A stretch of 64,000 nt of DNA. It comes from Lytechinus pictus (taxonomy: Eukaryota). The notes under the pieces were generated by a model that was not told the origin of the DNA, ran no database searches, and saw only the letters and a program-made list of their open reading frames with translations. Each line of letters begins with the position of its first letter. Positions within the stretch are counted from its first letter, which is position 1. Both the position numbers and the translations under genes were made by a program. Where the stretch lies: positions 14,324,001 to 14,388,000 of the forward strand of contig NC_087250.1 of the NCBI RefSeq assembly GCF_037042905.1. Direction: 5' to 3'. Below, piece after piece: positions 39,860 through 53,847 of the stretch.

Positions 39860-42810
39860 GTGGATTTAACTCACCAGATCAAGGTAAGAGTGGAACAAAA
39901 CACAGTGCATAAATGAAATGCAAATCCTCATGGTGTGGTGTTTTGTTTCGCAGATTAGTTGAACAAAACACCACACAAGCAAGAAAAGTTCAACTCATGG
40001 ATTCTGTGTCGTTCCACCTCCATTATATCTCTTGAAGTTTTTGTGTTATTTTAAACTCAGTGTTGTAAAATATATAATTCAAAGTGTCAAGAGTATAAGA
40101 ATGGATAGACCATAGAGCTATTAATAGCTCCATGGATAGACGATCCAGCCATTCTATCTCTTGAAGTTATAGTGTTATTATTTATTCTGTGTTTAGTTTG
40201 TTGTAAAAAATATAATTGAAAATGTCAAGAGCATAAGAATGGATGGGTGATCCAACCCATTCTATCTCTTGAAGTTGTTTGTGTTATTATTTAATCTGTG
40301 TTTAGTTTGATGTAAAATATATGATTCAACATGTCAAGAGTATAAGAATGGATGAGTAATCCAACTCACCATCCATTCAGGGCAAGAGTGGAATGAAACA
40401 CATCACACATTAGAACATAAATGAAGTTCAAATCTAGGCACATCTCATCTTGTTTAAAGACTGGTATATATCTGATGTTAATTGGTGTGGTGCCCTGTTC
40501 TGCAAATTAGTTGAACAAAGCACCACACCAAAACAAAAGCTTATCTCATGAATACTATGTCATTCCACCTCCATTCTAGCTCTTGAATTTTTTTTATCTG
40601 TGTTTAGTTGTTGCAAAATATATAATTTAATACAAAAAGAATGTCAAAGGAATAAGAATGAATGGATGGATATCCAACCCATTCAATCTCTTGAAGTTTC
40701 TTGTGTTATTTTTATATTTGTTTAGTTTGTTGTAGAATATATAATTCAAAATGTCAAGAGTAAAAGAATGGATGGGTGATCTAACTCACCAGATAAAAGT
40801 AAAAGTGGAATGAAACAGATCATAATCAGAGAATAAATGAAATGCAATTCTAGACACTCATTCTGTTTACAAACTGGGACATATCTGGTGTTAATTGGTG
40901 TGGTACCCTGTTAATCTGATTGTTTGAACAAAGCACCACGCCAAAACCAAAATTTTCTTATAAATTCTGTGTCATTCCACCTCCATTCCAGCTCTTGAAG
41001 CTTTTGTGTTATTTTTATTTTGTGTTTAGTTTGTTGTAAAATATATAATTCAAAGTGTCAAGAGTGTAAGAATGGATTGGTAATTCAACTCACCATCCAT
41101 TCATGGCACGAGTGGAATGAAACAGATCATAATCAGAACATAAATGAAGTTCAAATCTAGGCACACCTCATCTTGTTTAAAGAAAATTAGTTGAACAAAG
41201 CACCACACAAGCAAGACAATTTTATCTTATAAATTCTGTGTCATTCCACCTCCATTCCAGCTCTTGAATTTTTTTTGTTTTTTTTATCTGTGTTTAGTTG
41301 TTGCAAAATATATAATTTAAAAAATGTAAATGGAATAAGAATGGATGGATATCTAACCCAGGCTATCTCTTGAAGTTTTTTGTGTGTTATTTTTAATATT
41401 GTTTAGTTTGTTGTAGAATACATAATTCAAAAGAGTCAAGAGTATAAGAATGGAAGGGTGATCTAACTCGCCAGATCAAGTAAAAGTTGAACAAACACAT
41501 CGCACATCAGAGTATAAATGAAATGCAATTCTAGACACTTCTCATTCGGTTTACAAACTAGACATGTCTGGTGTTAATTTGTGTGGTGCCTTGTCAAGCA
41601 GATTAGTTGAACAAAGCACCACACGTACAACGAAAGCTCATCTTATGAATTCTTTGTCACTCCACCTGCATTCTAGCTCTTGTTTTTATGTTATTATTTA
41701 GTCTGTGTTTATATTGTTGTAAAATATATAATTAAAAATGTCAAGAGTATAAGAATGGGTGAGTGATCTAACTCACCATCCATTCCGGACTAGGGTGGAA
41801 CGAAAAAGATCATAATCAGAAACACTTAAAATTGAAAATGAGCTATCTTAGTTGAACAAAACACCACACAAGCAAGAAAAGTTCTTTAAAATTCTGTGTC
41901 ATTCCACCTCTCTTCCAGCTCTTGAAGTTTTGTGTCGTTTTTTCTTTATCTGAGTATAGTTTGCTATAGAATATACTGTATAATTCAAAATGTCAAGAGG
42001 ATAAGAATGGATGGGTAATCTAACGCATCTATTCAGGGCAATAGTGGAGTGAAACAGATCATAGTCAGAACATAAATGGAGTTCAAATCTAGACACACCT
42101 CATCATGTTTACAAACTGGGACATAACTGGTTTAAATAGGTGTGGAAACAGATCATAATCAGAGTATAAATGAAATGCAATTCTAGACACACCTCATCTT
42201 GTTTACATACTGAGACAAATCTGGTGTTAATTGGTGTGGTGCCTCGTTAACAGGTAAGTTGATCAAAACACCACACCAGCAAGAAAAGTTAATCTCATAA
42301 AATTCTGTGTCATTCCACCACCATTCCAACTCTAGAAGTTTTTTGTTATTTTTTAGTCTGTGTTTAGTTTGTTGTAAAGTATATAATTCAAAATGTCAAG
42401 AGTATAAGAATGGATTGGTCATCCAACTCACCATCTATTCAGGGCAAGAGTGGAATGAAACAGATCATAATCAGAACATAAATATAGTTCAAATCAGACA
42501 CACCTCGTCTTGTTTACAAACTGGGACATGGCTGGTGTTAGTTTGTGTTGTGCCCTGTAAAGCAGATCTGCTGAACAAAGCACCACATATACAACAAAAG
42601 CTCATCTAATGAATTCTGTGTCACTCCACCTGCATTCTAGCTCTTGTTTTTTGTGTTATTATTTAGTCTGTGTTTAGATTGTTGTAAAATATATAATTCA
42701 AAATGTCAAGAGTATAAGAGTGGATAAGTGATCTAACTCACCATCCATTCCGGACAAGGGTGGAATGAAACAGATCATAATCAGAGACACTTAAAATTGA
42801 AAATGAGCTG
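39860..42810. repeat. Degenerate ~310-bp tandem satellite with internal partial duplications
   Basis: The aagagtataagaatgga-type motif recurs about 12 times (e.g. 42398 and 42708). Confidence 0.88.
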
Positions 42811-43465
42811 TTTTGGTTACATTAATTAACACCTGCAATAAAGTAATTTGAACAACTTGTATTATATTACCTCCCTGTCTGGTTTCTTAGAAGTAGGCAT
42901 TACTTATTCCGTTCAGGTAGACCAGGTTGCTCTCTGGTTATTTGCAGCCTTAGTGAGTAAGATTACTGAAGTACCTTGAATTTTAATCTTAGTTTTCAAA
43001 GACTTGGATTTCCGTAGGTGGTAGGCAATCGATGAAAGACGACCACGCTCTCTTTTCATTACAGCGGGGAGATCACAACGGACGGAGATCTGGGGGCTCT
43101 GTGTCGGCTGGTTTTGGCCCTTTACTCTGTCAGAATCCTCGAAGAATTTTGTCGCGGTCAATCATCTTCGCGAACCTCACGATGATCGGGTCCGGGCCAA
43201 GATTGCCATCTTTAGCTTCTTTCTGAGAACGCAGTTCGTAGTTCATGATGATAATACAGTAGTTAAAATTGGTTCAAAGAATGAAGCTGTCAGAGTCGTT
43301 GGTGGTATATTGTTCTACAATACTAGTTTTTTGTAAGAGCCAGCTCACCCCGTGATCCGGTTACTCGGCGGCCATGCTTTTTGGTTAAGCTTTATGAATC
43401 GTTTTACATCATGTCAATTATATTTGTACTTTCTAAATTTCTCAGCAAGTCAAATAGATAGTGGG

Positions 43466-43565
43466 CAGGGACCAATCCTACATTGGATCGAAAGTTCAAC
43501 CGAAAAAGATTGAATTAAAAATGTATTAGATTGAAAACTTCAATCCAACATTGGATTGGTCCCTG
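43466..43565. mobile_element. 100-bp MITE-like inverted repeat at the junction of two divergent LINEs
   Basis: cagggaccaatcc / ggattggtccctg ends. Confidence 0.65.
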
Positions 43566-44110
43566 ATCGCAATCTGGTTCAACCTATCAACGTAAGGGCA
43601 ACCTACTATTCTATGGAGTGGAGCAAACAAGGGAAGAAAATGTCTACGAGAAACTTAAAAGTGTCTTCATGGATTTGGGCCTATCTAGAGAAGAAGCTGC
43701 GGGGATCATGATCATCAACGCTCATCGACTAGCTTCCACGGAGAGCGCGAAACACCGATGGATCACCAGCACGCGACCGAGGACCGGAGCCCATTATCGC
43801 TAAATTTGTACTCATGAGGGATCGCCAGCGCATTATCGACGCTTACATAGCACGCAACAAAAACGCAACTGATGGCGACGATCTAAGGGCAAGTCAAGGT
43901 GCATCTGGCGGATCAACGCGTAGGAGGATCTCTGTGAGGACCGACCTACCACCGAGCATGAAATTCCATCGTGGGATATTAGCTAGTATCGCATATCGCC
44001 TTCGAAAGGAAAACAACATGTCTACGAAGATATTTGTACAAGGTACTGAAGTCATTCTCAAGTTTAAGGGGAAAAATGAGCGAGAATGGAAAATATACAA
44101 CGATGAGTAA
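43566..44110 (+). pseudogene. LINE ORF1 remnant (L1-like RRM + C-terminal domain), frameshifted
   Basis: YQRKGNLLFYGVEQTREEN...NAHRL...PEPIIAKF...ISVRTDLPPSMKFHRGILASIAYRLRK; homologous to the 42913-43246 remnant. Confidence 0.8.
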
Positions 44111-47100
44111 ATTTAAATCGCGACGTGAGAATCAGTGTATTCGATTGGAAGTCTTCTTACGATACTAGGCGTGATTAGGAACGATACAAAACAGGACATC
44201 AACAGTAAGAAATCTATAATTCATCATCCTTCATTATTTTTAATGTACATGAGTTATCCCTCAAAAGATACTGTCTGTAAGAGATGTCCAGACTTCTGTA
44301 CCTAAATTAGACAATTGATTTGTAACGACGTTCTAAAATCTGTTGGCATGATATAACAATAGTATTGAACTGATGTCAACTTCTAAACACTTAAATTTTA
44401 CAATGAAAAAAAATATATATAATACAAAAGTAATAATCTCGTTTGTTTTTCTTCAGTGAAATCATGATCACATTCACATGTAGGCCTTCTTCAGTGATGT
44501 TATGCCTCAAAATATTGGCCAAAATGTTTACAATACTTTAAATTTCCAGGCATCATATGCCTAAATCATTTCATTGATATCATGGATAACAGTTGTTTTT
44601 ATGTAACAAATTGATATACTTACTTCTTCAAATAGATGCCTTGAGAGCTCTTATAACGCTTTAAATACCACTTACATTTTCACTATGATAATGAAGCATT
44701 TACATTCTGAATCTGAATGTCATTATTTATACTGCATGTGCTTGAAATGAAAGTCTCTCAATATCAAAGCGCAACGTGACTTTTTTAATGCGTTTCTGGT
44801 AATGAAACTTGCTATGTTCAATTTAGCCAAAAAAAAAAATCAAACGTGATTCAAACATTTTCCGCACAGCTTTATAGTCGCAAATATTATAATCGGCCTA
44901 CAAGGTGTATGTGTCGCAGTGTCACAGAATTGTTTTTTCTATTTCTTCTTAATGAAGTATCATATAACTTTGTTATCACCGAATACATTTTACTGATATT
45001 TCTCAGAAGACATATATACACTGTACACATCATGACTTCAGATTTCGATTGTGCAAAAAATATTTTTTTTCTCTTGTATTTCAAATTTGCATCCTTGCTA
45101 TCATAACTATCTCGACAGAGGTAACAGAAGTTTGTTATCACTAAACACTTCCACGTTTGATATTCTTTGGAAATATACACTACATGTTTCCATACTTGTT
45201 AAATTGTCACGAAGAATCATTTTTATCACTGCAGTTATCCTGCTGTTGTTTTAGTGATAACCTTGTCAACGGGTTTTTTTTTTATATGCTGTTTGAGCAT
45301 GGATAGATTTTTCTATTCTCTTTTGGAAAGATAGAGAGTAAACATCGCTGTCATACAAATACTAAATTATTTTCTGCTTAAGGGATATGGATAGATTTTT
45401 TTATTCTCTTTTGGAAAGATAGAGAGTAAACATCGCTGTCATACAAATACTAAATTATTTTCTGCTTAAGGGATAAGAAAGCTTATTCAGTGCATGATTC
45501 GAATTTCGATAATACATGTATGCATTTGCGGAAGGGTTAAATTTTCTCCTGCAATAGATCCATGAATAAAACCATATTGTGATCGGCGATGTTGCGTGTT
45601 GGCATGTTTGAGATTTTCTTTTTCGAAAAAAAAACATATAAGAATGAGTTCAATTCACTGTCTTCGAATATTAAAAAAAAAATGTATCTCGAAAATAAAA
45701 TGACCAAACATGCAAACACTACACTCTTTATACTTTGATTACACAAAAAAAGTTTGAATTTCTATATCTAGGCATTATTTTGACTGTGGTTATTGTCAAC
45801 GTATACCATGTGAACATGTTTGGATATCTTATATCTTATTTTCTTGAATAAAGAAATTGAGCAAATTTTATTGTCACTTGACACATCCACTTTTTATATT
45901 CTGCGAAAAAGTAACTTCTCGCATATACATACATACACTGCGTGATTTTCTTTTTTTTTTCCAAAAAAATAATGCTGAGTTTACGTAAGTCTTGCATTAA
46001 TTTTCTCATATGCAAATGAAGTAATTCATTAAAATGAAGCTCAACGTGATAATATTGCATATGACCTGATCTTGTACACGATGCCTTTATAATTCCGTTG
46101 TCTGTTTGTTTGTTATTAACCGAAATCTTTTCCATACTCTCCTCCGAAGTTTTATGAAATTAAAACTGTATTTTCTACGATTTTTTTTTCTTCTTTTTTC
46201 TCGAACAGGTTACCTTACAAACACATTCCTATAAAAATATCGCTATAAATATTGTGGTCAATGCAAATGAGTTTATAAATACGATTGTATTTTTAACTTC
46301 ACCTTGCCATTTTCAGAGCTAATGTTGGATCTCATTTGGTAAATAGAAAACCCAGTGTAATAGGGATCTCATTATTGTATCTTCGATACAAAACACGTCT
46401 ATGCATTTTGCTTTTTATCTCCTTATATTCCTAATCAAACCATTTGTAATGTTTTGGTTGTTCAAGTGCACTGCAAAATTCTTAATACCTTTTTTTTTTC
46501 GATCTCATTATAATACATATTCAGTTTTTGATGAATAGGCTACAATTACAGCACGTGAATGTGTCGGATTCCTATGCAAATGTGATCCATCTTGCTCGTC
46601 TTACATGTCTTATGAATTCAAACACGAAGGAGACCTTGTTATATACGTTGTTCCCCTGCTTTTATTATGTAAAAGTAAATATTTCTATCATCATTGGTTT
46701 ACATGCGCATTTCTACATTATACCAATGCGAATGAGATTATTCAGCTGTTACATTTCAAAAGCGACTTGCCCTTTTCAGAGTCAAAATTCCTCATTTGGT
46801 ACAGAGTCCATTTCTATTTGCCCTATTTTAACATAAATTCCTGCATGACAGTGATCTCATATAATTGCGTCTCCGATACGTTTTGTCACCTCTGCTTGCT
46901 ATGCATTTTTCTCTTTATTTCTTCCCATTTGAAATCAAACCAGATGACATTATCATAGGTTCTGTTTTTTATGAATAGGTTACAATTTACAGCACGTGGA
47001 TATGTCGAATTCCTATGCAAATGAGGATCTTTAATGTTCGTACTTATATACTACTATGCTTAATAGAAACCTTGTTTTACCGTTCATTCGCCCCTACTTT

Positions 47101-47849
47101 TTGTACATCAATGTTAACTTATATTGCTCTTGACATTCTCTATCATCTATTGCCTCACATTCCAACCACATTCATTTGTCAATGACATCTTTTTCTTTTT
47201 TTTTCTAAGAGGGCAGGATTTTTTTTTTCCATTTCAAAATGCTGTTTGACGCCAGTTTACGAATGCACAGGATTATTATATTCCCTTATTCGTCAGCATG
47301 AATCTGATTACATCATGTGCATCTATTGTATGGGTTTTTTTATGTACGAGTATTAGTTCCATCAGCGTCTATAAATTTCTTCCACATAATTCCTTATATA
47401 TCTATTTTGCCTCCCAAAATGTTCTTCCGAGGCTCCAGTAAGCTGTAATATGCATATATATATATGTGTGTGTATATTTTGCTTTAACACTACCTTTTCT
47501 CCATGATATATCTTCTGTTATTCAAGGTATAATGATGTCATGAAACGATAGAAAAGTATATTTCTAATCTAATTACTGTTTTCTATCAATTCAAAGATAT
47601 TTTTAGTAATATTTTCAACCTCATAGTTTTACACGAAAATTAGGAAATTAAAACTATATCAATAGATTCATAGACTTTTAAAACCTTTTTTTATGACAAT
47701 GATTAATTTATGCACCGGCCCCGAGTCTGTCAGATCGTCACGCAAAGGTGAACATGTATACGGACTCTTTATTCATTGCTTTTAGCCTACACCTCTTGCA
47801 CTTGCACACACCGAGCACAATTTCGCTTACTTCTTTAACCCGCCATATG

Positions 47850-50800
47850 TCATACATTGTTCTTTCATGTTTGACTCAACAGATTTACTGAATGCTGAAA
47901 TCTTTTCACCCCAAAGTAAATACTATACAGCTAACGAATTCAATAATGCTTTCAACAAAACAGTTCCAAATTCTATTCCAGATTACTTTAGTTTAATGCA
48001 CGTAAATATAAGAAGCTTACAGAAAAATTTTGATACGCTTTGCGAACTTTTATCCATTCTTGATACATTTCCATTTTCTATCATTGGTCTCACAGAGACT
48101 TGGTTGCATCATGGACCTATTACGAATCCATGGTTGCATTCAACGTCACCTCCCATTCTCAATATCGATAACTACAAATTTCTCCACATTGATCGTAAAA
48201 TTGGTAAGGGGGGCGGTGTCGCTTTCTATATTCATAATGATTTGAATTTCAAATTAAGACATGATATTGAGCTGGAAAATATAGAATCCTTATTCATAGA
48301 AATTACTAATGCTAAAAATAAAAATAAAATAATCGGTGTTATTTATAGACCCCCAATCAGTTTAGCTGAAACATTTTTAAATGAATTGGAAGCCAGTCTT
48401 GATTCAATTTCGCGTGAAAACAAAGATATTTATATCATGGGTGACTTTAACATTGATCTATCATTTCCCTACAATACAATCGGTCAACATTTTACAAATC
48501 TATTATCATCTTTTGGACTTCAACATCTTATAAATAAACCTACTAGAATTACAAACATATCCAATACAATACTTGATAATATTTTTTCTAACGCACTTGA
48601 TAATAACAATAATGGAATAATTTACTATGACATTTCAGACCATCTGCCTATTTTTGCAATGTATCCAAACGATAAACGCCAACTCAAGGCTACTGACAAA
48701 TCATACACTATAATGCGAAGGAAAGAAACCCATCGTAATATTGAGTCATTGAAGGCAGATTTGGCTGAAGAATCTTGGCAAGATATTTATCTTGAACACA
48801 ATGTTAATGACTCTTATGAAAGATTTTTGGACAAACTTCTTTATTATTACGAAAAAAATATGCCATTAATAAAATTTAAATCGAATAAAAAGAAGAGCAA
48901 ACAACCTTGGATTACCCAAACTATAATCAAATCCATATTTACTAGAAATAGATTATATAAAATATCAATTAAATCGCCTACAACTGAAAATATAAATAAA
49001 TACAAAAAATACCGCAATAAATTAACATCAGTTATACGCCAAGCTCGAAAATCCTACTTTTCTGATAAAATTGAAAATAATAAAGATAATAATTATACAT
49101 TATGGAAATCTATAAAAGAAATTTTAGGTAAGAAAAAGGAAACATGTGATAACGTTAATTTCGTAGACAATGGTCAACAAATGCAAGACTCCTTTGATGT
49201 TGCTAATGCATTTAATAATTTCTTCAATAATATTGGCCCAAATCTGGCTTAAAAAATAACATCTAATGATGATGACTTTTCTGTATATTTAAACGATGTT
49301 CCAGAACATTCTTTATTTTTCAATCCAACAAATACTAACGAGATTTTAGAAATTGTTAGGTCCATGAAACCGACTAAATCCTGTGGGCATGATGGTATAA
49401 GTGTCTATCTTTTGAAAAAATAATTTATTTTATAGCCTCCCCGCTTTCGCATATTTTCAATCGTTCTCTTTCTTGTGGTATTTTCCCCGATCTACTGAAA
49501 ATTGCAAAAATAATTCCAATATACAAAAAAGATGATCCATGTCTTATCCCAAACTATCGTCCAATTTCTTTATTACCGGGTATCTCTAAAATACTTGAGA
49601 GAATGGTTTACAAGCGTTTATATTCTTTTTTGAACAGCAATAATTTACTGATTCCTAATCAATATGGTTTCAGAGATAATCATTCAACGGACCTTTCACT
49701 TTTGCAATTATGTGACAAAATTTCTGATTCTTTATCTAAAAAGGAACACACTGTTGGTGTTTTTATGGATTTGTGGAAAGCATTCGATACCATGGATCAT
49801 CGCAATTTACTTTGTAAATTAATGAAATATGGAGTTAGGGGGGTGGTTCTCGCTTGGTTTAAAGATTACTTAAGCAATCGACGCCATTATGTTTGTTTTA
49901 AATCTAAATCATCTAATATTTGTACTTTAAAATGTGGAGTACCACAAGGATCTATTTTGGGCCCCTTGTTATTTTTGATTTATATGAATGACATTGTGAA
50001 TGCATCTAGAATATTAACGTTTGTTTTATTTGCAGATGACACAAATGTATTCTATTCATACAAAGACTTAAATATACTTGTTCCAACAGTTAATTTAGAA
50101 TTGAAGAAATTATCAATGTGGTTTAGAGCTAATAAGCTCTCTTTAAATACAAACAAAACAAATTTTATGTATTTTCAACACATTCAAAGTAAACACAAGT
50201 TTCTCAACAACATTTTTATAGATGATATTCCCATCACGGAAAAACAAGAAACCACATTTTTAGGTGTTTTGATTGATTCAAATTTGACTTGGAACAGTCA
50301 CATTCGCAATATTTGTATGTTGACATCCAGAGGGATAGGAATCTTATATAGATTGAAATATTATATCTCAAAAAAGTCATTATTTATGCTTTACAATTCA
50401 TTCATCTTATCCCACTTATCTTACTGCAACATTGTTTGGGGGTATAGTAGTAAGTCAAGAATAGAAACGATATTCCGTCTTCAAAAAAAGGCACTTCGCA
50501 TCTGTACACTTTCACATTACATTGCACACACTAATCCAATATTTCACAACTTAAAGACATTGAAAATTGAGGATATTAACACATACCAAATAGCCATATT
50601 TATGTTTAAATTTTCCACTAATACCATTCCAATTCCATTTCGCAATTTTTTTATCTATAACAAAGACATACATACTTATCCAACGCGTCATTCAACAGAT
50701 ATCCACTTAACCAACCCCAGAATCTTACTCACTCATAAAACAATTCGCCACCATGGTCCAGATATTTGGAATGCCTTGCCACATAACATCAAACAGTCCG

Positions 50801-51254
50801 CGTCTCTTTTTTCTTTTAAAGCTTCATTGAAAAAGTTTCTTATTTCTAAGTATTCTTAAATGTATCACCTGCACTCACCCACTAGCACTCACTCGCACTT
50901 AAAAAAAAAACTTTATCTTGTCTCTCCCCATTAAAAATCTTAACTTTTATACTTTCTCTTTTGTGACATCATTTTATCGAATTATATTTATAACCTATTA
51001 TTACGGTTCCCATGTAGCCCTCCCTCATGGCTGCTATTGTTTCAAGCAGTTACCTGCTTATTATAGCTGGCCCCTGCATTTTTACCCACTTTACTATTTT
51101 ACGTGCTTCATTTATGTATTTTTCAGCCTTATTCATTATTTATATTTTCGATTGTCACACAAAAATGTACTCATTTATGTCATTGTTATTGTATCATTCT
51201 ATTTTCATTTGTTGATTTATGAATAAAATGCAGAAACTCCTGCAAAAAAAAAAA
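47850..51254 (+). mobile_element. Almost intact CR1/L2-group LINE ORF2 (APE+RT) with 3'UTR and A tail
   Basis: ORFs 47867-49252 and 49603-50859 join after one premature TAA (49250-49252) and one frameshift in an A run near 49415-49420. Confidence 0.95.
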
Positions 51255-51290
51255 CCTAGGGAATTTAGAGATTATATAAACTTAGTATAT

Positions 51291-53085
51291 AGGGGCGGAT
51301 CCAGCCTTTGTCAATTGGGGGGGGGGGGGGTGGCGGTTTTTTTTTTCAGCCACATTTTCCCCCATCGGCCGCTCGAAGTTGATTTTTGTTTGTTTCTTTG
51401 AAGGGGTAGTCCTAATAATCACTTCTAAGCTTTTTTCTTATAAATGAACATAACTATATAATAATCTCATGAGCGGTATTTTAATTGTGTAAGCGCGAGT
51501 TATTTTTCATTTCATGTACTTTTTCTTAAAATTTAAACATTCTGAGCAATGCTTGTGATCCTAAACGAGATATGTATCCAACTACATAATTACTGCGAGC
51601 GCGAGAAGAAATTTTTAATATACGTTTTGATTTCATCGAAAAAGGATCTGTTCATGCCTGCTTGCAGTTAGCCATGAAGACGTTCCATATTTCAACAGTC
51701 AAATAATACGAGCACGAAGCGCGAGATGAAAATTTTGACATGTCTACCTGAAGAATGGAAATTATAAGCACTTTTCGTAATCGTTAAAAGGATAACTATA
51801 TAACTAAGCAATTATTGATGCAAGCGCGAGCGGACAAATTCGAGATTTACACCTAAAAATGGGACTTTCTATTCATATTTTGTATATCATGAAAATTATG
51901 AGTAATTGGAAATCTTCCTACATTAACAATGCGAGCGCAAAGCGCGAGCAGAAATTGTTTGATACTGTGATTTGAAACTGGATAATAATTTAGATTGAGA
52001 ACAAGCTTCGTATCTGAATAAGCATGTGCGCAAGTGTTTCAGATTTCGACGTAGAATCTGAGCATTTTAAAAACTTATTTTTTATCATGAAAATCAATAA
52101 AGCGAGCGCGAAGCGCGAGCTTAAAATATTTGATAGGGCGAATTTAAGCTTTGTATTTCAAGCACTTTGTAGGAGAATTGTGAGCTGGACGTGGATCAAA
52201 GGTTAAAAAGAGCTGATATGTTTCAGTATTATTACTTTGAGTTTTGACATAGGACCTGGACATTCTAAGAACATTATATCATCATATGAAAATGATGACT
52301 ATCTTCCTATGTGTCTTCCAAAGCGCGAGATGAAACTTGTTGATATTCCATTCTGAAAAAAGGAACAATTTGATTATTGAATGTATTAATCTAATAAGCT
52401 TAATGAGAGCGCGAAATCTTAATATCATGGCGTGAAGACTGGACATTTAAAGCACTTTTGTAATTATGAATAAGATGCACGAGTTAATGGATTTTCAACA
52501 ATCAATGCGAGCGCAAATCGCAAGCCGAAATCTTTGATAAACTGTCATGAAATGGGGATATTGATATAAGTCACCAATCAAAATGCGAGCGTGCAGCCCT
52601 AGCTGATACGTTTTGACATTCTTACCTGAGTAGGGATATTTTGAGAGCTTCTTTATGGAATACAGGAAAAAATAGGTACCTGACAAATCAAATTTTGCGA
52701 GTGCGCAGGGCGAGCAGAAAATGTTAATATTCAGACCATAAAACAAATTTTTACAGAGCACTTTTAAAATCAATTTGTAAATCAAAGAAAATAAAGAAAG
52801 TTCGATTTCCCAGCTGAAATATGTTAGGTGTATTGACTTCAAAATTTGATATTTTATAAGCTTCATATTGAGCAAGATATGTAAATCACCTATAAAAGGC
52901 AATGCGAGCGAATATTTCAAATAGCAAAATAAAAGATTTTTTAATTATTTTTTTTCCAAATCTTTCCCTCATCTTATTTTATTCACTCATCTTCCTCTTA
53001 TGTATCCCCTTCTTTTTTCTCCTCTCTTTACCCTTCTTTTTATTTTCTTTCTTTCCCCTTTCTTTTTTTTTGGCTCCGCCAATGG
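51291..53085. repeat. Interspersed repeat rich in gcgagcgcgaagcgcgagc motifs, probably a hAT-like relic
   Basis: Starts aggggcggatccagcc and ends near ttggctccgccaatg. The same motif family is seen at ~3850-7250. Confidence 0.5.
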
Positions 53086-53306
53086 GGGGGGGGGCAGGGG
53101 GCGCGGAACCACACGTTTCCGTTTACAACCTGCATGGCGACGGCAAAATAGTAATAATAGCTACAAAGCGACTAGTGAATAGTCTACACCATCGCTGGAA
53201 GGTCCGATACATGAAACTGTAATGTGTGAAAGAGGGAGAGAGAAACAGACAGCATACGTTCGTCTCCAGTAGATCTGGATCTAGCTCTATAATCGTTTAT
53301 AGTAAC

Positions 53307-53812
53307 CATAGGCGGTGGCCCGAGGGGGGGGGACGGGTCCCCCCTAAATGTGAGGTTGGGAGACGGTTCCCCCCCCCTAAATTTTTTGTTGATAACTTTT
53401 TTTTTTTGCTTTTCAATATTTTTTACGTGTCCATCAAAATGTTTGATTTGATTTGATTTGATTTATTGTTTTCTTCTGCATCCATAACATTCGTATTATA
53501 CATTTTTCATAACATAATAAACATAATATGCTAGCATTTTTGGCATGAATCATAAATAAAGAGTATTAAAAAGATAATTTCAGACAAAATGATTAACTAT
53601 ATGATATTCACAATTTGCAGGAGAAGGATCGTCATCATATAAGCAGATTGCTTGAAAAAAATGACAATCCCAAACTTATACTAATTGAATTAATTAATAC
53701 ATTTATAAAGCAGAATGGGCATACATTTTCAAATACGAAGCATGAATTTATGCAATATTAAAGTATGAAGATGAAGATGATAAAGCTAAGGGTGACGGTG
53801 ATATGATGATGT

Positions 53813-53847
<35 letters not shown>

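Larger units (their letters stand above)
34700..43380 (-). mobile_element. Near full-length decayed LINE: ORF1 remnant 42913-43246, long spacer, ORF2 (APE+RT) ~35400-39075, 3' tail ~34700-34730
   Basis: APE motifs HINIRS, GLSETWL, GDFN, SDHFP; RT motifs DFSKAFD, GVPQGS, FADD; ORF1 motifs PDPIIVRF and ISVRCDLP. Linking ORF1 to ORF2 is inference. Confidence 0.75.
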
